Assembly (NCBI GenBank): GCA_029559475.1
Contig: JAKQBN010000061.1
Coordinates: 3,488 to 67,487, forward strand
Reading direction: 5' to 3'
From: a bacterium
GTDB taxonomy: Bacteria; UBA4055
DNA length: 64,000 nt
Both the position numbers and the translations under genes were made by a program. Each line of letters begins with the position of its first letter. Position 1 is the stretch's first letter. This document shows positions 29,440 to 36,371 of this stretch, piece after piece. Under the pieces are notes generated by a model, which did not search any database, was not told the DNA's origin, and saw nothing but the letters and a program-made list of their open reading frames with translations.

Positions 29440-29448
29440 AATTAATTT

Positions 29449-29474
29449 AAAGCCGCTTTATGCGGCTTTTTTTA
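29449..29474 (+). terminator. Rho-independent terminator after korC
   Basis: AAGCCGC-UUUA-UGCGGCUU followed by a U-run. Confidence 0.55.
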
Positions 29475-29486
29475 ACGGAGGATCTT

Positions 29487-29924
29487 ATGCTCGAACAAAG
29501 CCTTCTTATGGTAAAACCCCATGCTTTTACCGCAAAAAAGACTGGGACAATTATCTCTATGCTTGAAGAAAATAATTTTCAGATCGTCGGTATAAAATCC
29601 ATCAAGCTGACTCCCGAACTGGCGAGAAGATTCTACTTCGTTCATCAGGGGAAAGAGTTCTTTGAAAGGCTGATAAATTATATGAGCACAGGAACAGTCG
29701 CCGCTATCTGCGTAGAAAAAGAGAACTGCGTAGCTGACTTAAGAAAATTTATCGGCGCTACCGACCCCTCAAAAGCTGCCGAGGGCACGATCAGAAAAGC
29801 TGTCGGCGTAACTGTGGAGCAGAACGGCGTTCATGCGTCCGATTCCGTCGATAACGCAAAAAAAGAGATCAGATTTTTCTTCTCGGACATCGAACTTTAT
29901 TCTTACAGATACCTGCAGTATTAG
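29487..29924 (+). CDS. ndk: Nucleoside diphosphate kinase
   Basis: LEQSLLMVKPHAF..., active-site His in NGVHASDS. The start is ATG 29487 with GGAGG RBS; the longer ORF-track start overlaps the terminator. Confidence 0.9.
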   Translation: MLEQSLLMVKPHAFTAKKTGTIISMLEENNFQIVGIKSIKLTPELARRFYFVHQGKEFFERLINYMSTGTVAAICVEKENCVADLRKFIGATDPSKAAEGTIRKAVGVTVEQNGVHASDSVDNAKKEIRFFFSDIELYSYRYLQY

Positions 29925-29933
29925 AGGATAATT

Positions 29934-29999
29934 ATGTCGCAGTTCCACAGGCTGATTTATATTGACAAAATGATAAATAAAGGGTCGTTACAGCTATGA
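29934..29999 (+). CDS. 21-codon upstream ORF (MSQFHRLIYIDKMINKGSLQL) that duplicates the WYL-regulator N-terminus and is translationally coupled (ATGA) to it
   Basis: A strong GAGGA RBS precedes ATG 29934, while the WYL ATG 29996 has no SD and overlaps the uORF stop (CTATGAGAG). The uORF peptide HRLIYIDKMINKGSL parallels ERIVYIDRTIKQKGSI of the downstream protein. Confidence 0.35.
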   Translation: MSQFHRLIYIDKMINKGSLQL

Positions 30000-30964
30000 G
30001 AGAAAAAAGCAAGATCGAGAGAATAGTCTATATCGACAGAACTATTAAGCAGAAAGGTTCAATAACAAAAAAGCAGATAATGGACTGGTCCGGTGCCTGC
30101 GAATCATCAGTTAAGAACGATATAGATTTTTTAAAAAATGAACTGAACGCACCCATTTATTATTCCGGCAAGAAAAAAGGCTACGCATACAAAGAAGATG
30201 TTCCATTCGAACTCTTAACATTTTTAAGCGAAAATATGGTGATCCTTTACGCTCTTTTGAAGGAATTCTTCTCGAACAGGAATTTTATGCCTGTAATAAC
30301 TGACAAGATACTAAAAGGTCTGAAGGATGAACTGCCTTCAGAATATAAAAACATTGATGGCAAGATAAGCTTCAGACTTTCTGAAGCTGAGAATCCTGAG
30401 ATGGATAAATTCGAGATCATTTTCAACTCGATACTAAACGAGACCTGCCTTGAAATTCATTATTCTGACGCTAAAGGCGTGAGTAGTGAGAGGAGTATCG
30501 AACCGCTTCACATTTACCACTATCAGGGGAAATGGTCTGTTTTTTCTTATTGCAAGAAAGCAAGGGATTACAGGGTATTCAACCTTTCGAGAATCACTAA
30601 ACTTGAAACAACTAGTAATAAATTCAGGATTGCTAATCACCCGCAGAACGTAATTGAAAATCACCTTAACGAAGCTTTCGGAGTAGCCAGAGGAAAAGAG
30701 ATCGAACAGGCCGTGATATGGTTCTATGAGCCGACAAGCCATCATGTAACCGATCAGAAGTGGCATCCTGATCAGATAACAGATCATATCACAAGAAAAG
30801 GCAAAAACATCCTGCAGTTTACGCTTCCAGTAGCTAAATACGAGGAGCTTGTCGGAAGAGTTCTGAGGTATGCGCCTGATGCTGAAGTCAGATCGCCAAT
30901 AGATATGCGTAATATGTGGCTAGACAAAATTAAGTCCCTTTCTGAAAAGTATCTGAAAAAATAA
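29996..30964 (+). CDS. WYL-domain transcriptional regulator (HTH-WYL-WCX architecture, BrxR/CapW-like)
   Basis: N-terminal HTH (IERIVYIDRTIKQKGSITKKQIMDWSGACESSVKNDIDFL). WYL-domain core (IEPLHIYHYQGKWSVFSYCKKARDYRVFNLSRI). C-terminal extension. First gene of the accessory island. Confidence 0.7.
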   Translation: MREKSKIERIVYIDRTIKQKGSITKKQIMDWSGACESSVKNDIDFLKNELNAPIYYSGKKKGYAYKEDVPFELLTFLSENMVILYALLKEFFSNRNFMPVITDKILKGLKDELPSEYKNIDGKISFRLSEAENPEMDKFEIIFNSILNETCLEIHYSDAKGVSSERSIEPLHIYHYQGKWSVFSYCKKARDYRVFNLSRITKLETTSNKFRIANHPQNVIENHLNEAFGVARGKEIEQAVIWFYEPTSHHVTDQKWHPDQITDHITRKGKNILQFTLPVAKYEELVGRVLRYAPDAEVRSPIDMRNMWLDKIKSLSEKYLKK

Positions 30965-31165
30965 AGCCTAACTTAATATTTACATAATAAGTCATTATTC
31001 TTGACCCGGTGCACCTGTATATTATTATTTATAGTATCTGTATAGAAAAAATAAAAATTAAGATATGAATGAACCATATACTTTTAATTTTCACAGATCA
31101 GGACAGTTTTTTTACCAGGTTGCATCTGTATCTTGTATTTATGTAATCCGGTATGAGGTGTAATT

Positions 31166-31399
31166 ATGGAAAAGATCAACTGTAAGAAATGCAGCGCAAC
31201 AATAGCTACTCCCGGCTATGCGAGTAGGACTTTTGCAGGAACTTATATGACCTGCTCCCAATGCGGTACTGAACTCAAAAAAGTTTCATATATTCTAAAG
31301 TTAAGTGAAGTTCAGGTCGCATTCGTATGTAAGAAATGCATCGCCATAATCAAAAAAAGGACCGGGCTCAAATGTCCGATATGCGGCACTATAAATTGA
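31166..31399 (+). CDS. Small double zinc-ribbon protein
   Basis: Four CxxC pairs: CKKC...CSQCG and CKKC...CPICG. 77 aa. RBS GAGGTG. Confidence 0.4.
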   Translation: MEKINCKKCSATIATPGYASRTFAGTYMTCSQCGTELKKVSYILKLSEVQVAFVCKKCIAIIKKRTGLKCPICGTIN

Positions 31400-31417
31400 T
31401 ATAAAGAAAATAAGGAG

Positions 31418-31651
31418 GTGAAAATGCAGAATGAAAAAGAAGCGGCTTACTGGAAAGCTGTTCAGAAATGGGCGGAAAAAGCGCAGACGCTTGTGCAGTA
31501 TCAGCAGAAAAACATGAAATGGTTCCTTTCGCCCGAGATAGTTCAGTGGTGCACGCCGAGCTACGAAAGTGAAGTGTCACAGCTTGAAAGAGAGGTCGAA
31601 AGACTCGAAAAAGAAGCTGACAGACTGGAAGTAGAAGCAGGATTAAACTAA
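31418..31651 (+). CDS. Small coiled-coil protein
   Basis: RBS AAGGAGG before the ATG. C-terminal EVSQLEREVERLEKEADRLEVEAG heptads. Confidence 0.35.
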   Translation: MKMQNEKEAAYWKAVQKWAEKAQTLVQYQQKNMKWFLSPEIVQWCTPSYESEVSQLEREVERLEKEADRLEVEAGLN

Positions 31652-31668
31652 ACAAAAAGAGGTGAAAA

Positions 31669-31884
31669 ATGAGCTTAGGGAAAGCTTTGCTTATCGGAGC
31701 TGCGGGGCTCGCGGCGGGATTATTAATAGCCGCATGGGCGGAAACAATGGACAGTGACTCATCAGATACTGATACGGATCTCGATCTTGACGATACCGGA
31801 GATTACACATATATCGGTGATTCGGATGAAACAATCGAAAGTGAGACTGATGAAACTTTGACAGACCAGATTCCGCAGGTATGA
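31669..31884 (+). CDS. Small single-pass membrane protein with a highly acidic Asp/Ser/Thr-rich tail
   Basis: RBS AGAGGTG. A TM helix LLIGAAGLAAGLLIAAWA is followed by DSDSSDTDTDLDLDDTGDYTYIGDSDETIESETDETLTD. Confidence 0.35.
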   Translation: MSLGKALLIGAAGLAAGLLIAAWAETMDSDSSDTDTDLDLDDTGDYTYIGDSDETIESETDETLTDQIPQV

Positions 31885-31908
31885 AAAAGGCGGGTAATTC
31901 CGCCTTTT
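31885..31908 (+). terminator. Rho-independent terminator
   Basis: AGGCGG-GUAAUU-CCGCCU followed by UUUU. Confidence 0.5.
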
Positions 31909-32008
31909 ATCCATGCGATTCTAGCAGACGTTATTATGATTCATGGATATACAATGGTATCATTGGAACTTAGAATCTCAAACTTAAATTAAAAGAAAGG
32001 AAATATTT

Positions 32009-32545
32009 ATGAAAAACGAAATCTATGACAAAACCAGGCTGCAAAGTGCCTTTGACAATCTTGACACTATACTCACGGAGTTAGATGTTAAAGATGAGTG
32101 TAGTAAGTTGTATAGCTTTATCGAATTTAAAGACTATGAAAAAGCCCTCGAAAGAGCCGAACTGATTATCATGAAACTACTGCCTAAATTCTGTACTAAG
32201 GAAGGCGAATTCTGCGAAGTTGATCAGTTTGTTATACTTGATTTTACTTATGCTATGTATGGCAAAGGATATTCTCTGTTCAAGCTCGGTAAATATTCTC
32301 AGGCTTATTTATACTTTAAAGATGTTTTTGACACTCTTCAGGAAAACTGCATTAGGCCTACCGGCGATCTGTTCTATTATATGGCTAAATCAAAACAGCT
32401 TTCAGATGATTTTGGTAAAGCATCGGCATTTTCATCAGGAAAGTTCTCAGGCTTCATGAAGCTTTTAGGACCCGAATTCCCTACCATTCCTGGAAATATG
32501 CGTGAACCAATTAAAAAACTAAAAAAGAAAGGTGATAAAAAATGA
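32009..32545 (+). CDS. Hypothetical protein, paralogous to the 40164 ORF
   Basis: The shared block FKDYEKALERAELIIMKL here matches AKKHYRKALTRAEIILSTL in 40164..40601. Overlaps the next gene (ATGA). Confidence 0.35.
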   Translation: MKNEIYDKTRLQSAFDNLDTILTELDVKDECSKLYSFIEFKDYEKALERAELIIMKLLPKFCTKEGEFCEVDQFVILDFTYAMYGKGYSLFKLGKYSQAYLYFKDVFDTLQENCIRPTGDLFYYMAKSKQLSDDFGKASAFSSGKFSGFMKLLGPEFPTIPGNMREPIKKLKKKGDKK

Positions 32546-33051
32546 TCATTCACGACTATTGCAAAAACTGTCCGTATTATCTAATAAATATGGCCGATAA
32601 GGGCTCACTGTCAAAAGAGGATAACGGTTCGGACACTATACTTGTTTTTCAGTCACCCGGCCGAAAAGAATGGGTAAATAAAAAGCCTTTAAGCTCAGAC
32701 TCTCCCCGTTCATGTAACGGGATCGTGTCGCGTTCCTGGGAAAGAACAGGAAGAAAGCGCGAAGAATTCGATATAACCAATGCGGTTCAATGCTATCCCG
32801 GTCAGGATCAGAAAACCAAACGCGATCTCCCGCCCGATCCCAAAGCCGTAGAACAATGCCTGTACTGCCTAGAGAAAGAAATTCTGTCTAAAAAGTATAA
32901 GATCGTTATTGCCTTCGGGAAAACTGCCGAAAAATCAGTGAACAGGATCGTTGAAAAACATAATCTTGATACTATCGTGATCAATTCTAAGCATCCTGTG
33001 GCAGGCGTAATAAAAAGAGATATTGATAATTTATGGACAAAGAAACAATAA
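32542..33051 (+). CDS. Uracil-DNA glycosylase superfamily protein (family-4-like layout) with divergent active-site motif
   Basis: N-terminal CKNCPYY, then ILVFQSPGRKE at the motif-A position (GEAPG in family 4), ITNAVQCYPG at the family-4 VKCRPP position, and a C-terminal KIVIAFGKTA. Confidence 0.45.
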   Translation: MIIHDYCKNCPYYLINMADKGSLSKEDNGSDTILVFQSPGRKEWVNKKPLSSDSPRSCNGIVSRSWERTGRKREEFDITNAVQCYPGQDQKTKRDLPPDPKAVEQCLYCLEKEILSKKYKIVIAFGKTAEKSVNRIVEKHNLDTIVINSKHPVAGVIKRDIDNLWTKKQ

Positions 33052-33785
33052 AAGGGGAATTTATGGATACTCTCTTAAGCGGTATTGATACAATAGACAG
33101 CGGACTGGAAGGATTTTCATTAGGAGAAATGGTTATCTCCGCTTCCAGGCCCGGGCATGGCAATATCTACCTTCTGTTGTCGATCGTGAGGGGAATTTAT
33201 TACGACTTCATTGATAGGTACAAATGCCTGGTTTTCTCGAACTCTGAAAAAAGCAGGCTAAAACCTTTACAGCCCGGAGATGAAGATATATTTATTTACT
33301 ATAAGTTCCAGAGCGATTCATTAACGGGTTTTTTCTCCGAACTTGAAGATCAGATTAAACTAAACGATACGAAGATCTTGATTATCGACTACAATGAAAC
33401 CAGTTTTCAGAAGAATAAGAACTTCTTCATCGGTCTTAAAAATATAGCAGTTAGAAAAAATATTCTTATCTTCATTAAATCGTATTTGACGCGGCAGTCC
33501 GCACGAAAATCGTGGTTCAATCCTCAGATAGCAGATATTGAGGGAGCACCAGTAGTTGAAAAGATCGCGGATAAGTATATAATCATGCACCGTCTTGATG
33601 TTCTCGGTATCAAGGATGCTTCCGGGCGTGATCAGACAAATATCGTCGATATCAGGCTCTGTGCAAGAGATCTGTGCCATACAGGCTCTAAGTACATTTA
33701 TTTCAACAGCGACAAGAATATTTTCGAAAATTTCACTCCGCTTCATAACAGATACGGGTACTACTATCTTTACAGTGAAAACTAA
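33033..33785 (+). CDS. DnaB-C-terminal-like (RecA-fold) protein with a degenerate Walker A
   Basis: VISASRPGHGNIYLLLSIV aligns with DnaB IIAARPSMGKTAFALN (K to N, T to I). ILIIDYNETSF matches the DnaB lvvIDYLQ block, LKNIAVRKNILIFIKSYLTRQ matches the LK-LAkEl-vPV block, and ADIEGAPVVEKIADKYIIMHR matches the SDLRESGAIEQDADvV-flyR block. No N-terminal helicase domain. Confidence 0.4.
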   Translation: MDKETIKGEFMDTLLSGIDTIDSGLEGFSLGEMVISASRPGHGNIYLLLSIVRGIYYDFIDRYKCLVFSNSEKSRLKPLQPGDEDIFIYYKFQSDSLTGFFSELEDQIKLNDTKILIIDYNETSFQKNKNFFIGLKNIAVRKNILIFIKSYLTRQSARKSWFNPQIADIEGAPVVEKIADKYIIMHRLDVLGIKDASGRDQTNIVDIRLCARDLCHTGSKYIYFNSDKNIFENFTPLHNRYGYYYLYSEN

Positions 33786-33817
33786 GACAGCAAAATAAAT
33801 AATTTAAGGGAGAATTT

Positions 33818-34165
33818 ATGACTATCCATTATTCAAAGCAAATTTACAGCGAATTAGCCACTATCAAAGCTGAATTTGACAGGATTGCTGAAAATTTATA
33901 CAAAATAAAAAAGAAGTATTATGCAATAAATTTCGACATCTCTGAGAATGAAAAGCTCGAAGAGGAGATATTCAAAAACGAGTGCGCCCTGGAAGCTCTC
34001 GAAGACACCGATGAAGAAATTTTATCAAAGATCCGTAATAAGATCGCAGGATTACAGAAAAGAATAGAAGATAATAAAAACCAAGATACGATACTGAAAA
34101 GCATTGATGATATTTTCTTGGATATTGATCAGAAAATTCAGATTCTGGATCACCAGATCGATTGA
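33818..34165 (+). CDS. Small coiled-coil protein
   Basis: RBS AAGGGAG. Heptad-rich sequence, 115 aa. Confidence 0.3.
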   Translation: MTIHYSKQIYSELATIKAEFDRIAENLYKIKKKYYAINFDISENEKLEEEIFKNECALEALEDTDEEILSKIRNKIAGLQKRIEDNKNQDTILKSIDDIFLDIDQKIQILDHQID

Positions 34166-34239
34166 GCATGACCCGTTCATTGAAATAGAATCAGACCTTT
34201 TACTGAAAACTCACTAAATTTTAATTAAACGGAGTAATT

Positions 34240-34455
34240 ATGAAAAACAACCATAAAATCAGCTTCATAAAGCCTGTACCTTATGCAGTGCCTGACTTAA
34301 GATTCTGCAATATATATTGCTTTAAAGAAATTATCATGCCTGATGACCGGATTGGCAATATCGGTGATTCATGGACATATTGTGTAATCGATTCGCAGGA
34401 AATATTTTATAATCCTTTATGTAAATCAAACGGAGACTATAGCTATGAATGCTGA
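34240..34455 (+). CDS. Hypothetical small protein
   Basis: RBS ACGGAG. 71 aa. Overlaps the next ORF. Confidence 0.25.
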   Translation: MKNNHKISFIKPVPYAVPDLRFCNIYCFKEIIMPDDRIGNIGDSWTYCVIDSQEIFYNPLCKSNGDYSYEC

Positions 34456-34861
34456 AAAAGAAATTACAGATAAGATTTTTTTTAAAAATCCCAGAACCGG
34501 AGAAACTCAGACTGTAGGCAGTAACTTAAACATCATATTTGGAGTGTTTTCCGTAATGTGCGGAATACCATTATTTATCAGAAGGCTTAACTCATGGGGA
34601 TATGTTATGCTAGCTTTACAAAGCGTGTATATGCTCCTATACCCTCAGTTCAGAGAAGGCGATTATTGCTCGATCTTTTTTTTACTTTTCGTTGAAATCA
34701 TAATCAGCTTATATTTAGGCATCAAAGGTAACAGGCTCCTTACGATCTATTACTTTGAGAACGGGTGGATTATGGAAAATCCTCATAATGAAATGGTCCG
34801 GAACACATTCAAAAAATGGAAACTTGAACCTGAAGTAATCCCTCGCAAGGGAGTCAAATGA
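34445..34861 (+). CDS. Hypothetical membrane protein
   Basis: Hydrophobic segments (IIFGVFSVMCGIPLFI, CSIFFLLFVEIIISLYLGI). Confidence 0.3.
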   Translation: MNAEKEITDKIFFKNPRTGETQTVGSNLNIIFGVFSVMCGIPLFIRRLNSWGYVMLALQSVYMLLYPQFREGDYCSIFFLLFVEIIISLYLGIKGNRLLTIYYFENGWIMENPHNEMVRNTFKKWKLEPEVIPRKGVK

Positions 34862-34885
34862 AAAACAGAAAAGAACAAATTTCTA

Positions 34886-35278
34886 TGCTACAAATGTAAT
34901 GGCAACGAAACAAGGCTACACAACCTGCGATCTGTCGGTATCGGAGGTCATACCGACAGGCAGGACTGTGTGAATTGCGATAATTACACAACTATTCTCA
35001 ACTGCGCAGAGCGCGAATTATTCGAAGAGATCTCACTCAGAATCGATAAGAACAGACTCAAATTCATCGGGATCATCAACGACGATAAAACCGAAGTAGG
35101 CTCAGTACACTTCGGAGCCGTTTTCTTATACAAACTCGATGATATTGAAAAAATAAAAAACACTACCGAAATCGAATCATACCAATGGCTGAGCATGAAA
35201 GAGATTGACGGTACAGATAATCTTGAAGAATGGAGCAGAATAGCTATGATCCTGTATAAAGATTTTTTCCTAAAATGA
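34886..35278 (+). CDS. Nudix-box-containing fragment (possible gene remnant)
   Basis: An in-frame ATG at 34886 gives MYKCNGNETRLHNLRSVGIGGHTD...ILNCAERELFEEISL. RELFEEIS matches the Nudix REUxEExGU core but the Gx5E spacing is disrupted. The ORF-track version starts at GTG 34970. Confidence 0.3.
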   Translation, partial: CYKCNGNETRLHNLRSVGIGGHTDRQDCVNCDNYTTILNCAERELFEEISLRIDKNRLKFIGIINDDKTEVGSVHFGAVFLYKLDDIEKIKNTTEIESYQWLSMKEIDGTDNLEEWSRIAMILYKDFFLK

Positions 35279-35348
35279 AAATTATTCAGCTTGACTTTAC
35301 CTCCCGGAAAATTGCATATTTACACAACCTGAATCGAGAGGTAAAAGG

Positions 35349-36278
35349 ATGGCGATTGTTAATGTTGAATATTGTGGTAATGTAATAATTCCTTCTTTGG
35401 ATATCGAAATTACCAACCAGCACATCATAAATGCAACGGAGTTTAATTTAAATATTTTTAAACGACAAGGCATTACTTTTACTGGAACTGGGCAAAATAT
35501 TTCACAAGTTGATATTGATTTTGATCCGAGTAAAAATGCCGTTCCAGATGTATGGAGGTATACAATAAAAATTGATAAAAAAAGATGTTTATCACTCGTA
35601 AAATCAAAAGTAGGTTACAGAACATGCCACGTTGAAGCATGTAAGAACTTCCTCAATAACAAAAATTTTCCTCAAGATGTAGATATTGCAAAATGCATTT
35701 CAAATGCAAAATGCAAATTTTATAAAAAATACCCAGTTATCCTTCTCCTTCTCGAATCTCCTCATAAAAATGAGTATACTAATGCTTTCATTCAAATCGC
35801 ACCAGCGCAAAAAAGTACAGGAAAATGCATAGAGAGTAATATAATAAGTCTAATAGAAGAAATAAATAAGCGCATAAATCCTCAATTACCCATAAATACA
35901 AACTACAAGCTGATAATAGCAAATCCTATACCGTTTCAAACTTCATTACACATTTTAAAAAATAAAGATTCAGGATTTGATGATAACCAAAGAAAGTTAA
36001 GAGATAGAATTTGGAAATCACTCTGGCATCAAAATAGCTTAAGATACAATTTTCTAAATCGTCTGAACAACGATTACAAGCCCGATCTTGTTATAAATGC
36101 CTGTACAGAAAATCTGCAACCTTTGGTTTCCTGTTGCATAATTTGCGGAACTTGCTATCCTTTAGTTGAAACCAAACACCCAGCTAATCATTGGAATAAA
36201 TATACAAAAAATAATAAAAGCAAATTCACTCCTGCGGAAATTCTGAAACTTAGATTTGGAATAGAAGTGATCAGATAA
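35349..36278 (+). CDS. Hypothetical Cys-rich protein
   Basis: 309 aa. RBS GAGAGGTAAAAGG. The C-terminus has CCIICGTCYP. Confidence 0.3.
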   Translation: MAIVNVEYCGNVIIPSLDIEITNQHIINATEFNLNIFKRQGITFTGTGQNISQVDIDFDPSKNAVPDVWRYTIKIDKKRCLSLVKSKVGYRTCHVEACKNFLNNKNFPQDVDIAKCISNAKCKFYKKYPVILLLLESPHKNEYTNAFIQIAPAQKSTGKCIESNIISLIEEINKRINPQLPINTNYKLIIANPIPFQTSLHILKNKDSGFDDNQRKLRDRIWKSLWHQNSLRYNFLNRLNNDYKPDLVINACTENLQPLVSCCIICGTCYPLVETKHPANHWNKYTKNNKSKFTPAEILKLRFGIEVIR

Positions 36279-36371
36279 TTCATTTCTCTATCATAACTCC
36301 TAATTTTTCTTTGACTTAAACCCTCATTCTTTGTAAATTCAGGTTATATTTTATAAAGGATCAACCCACAG

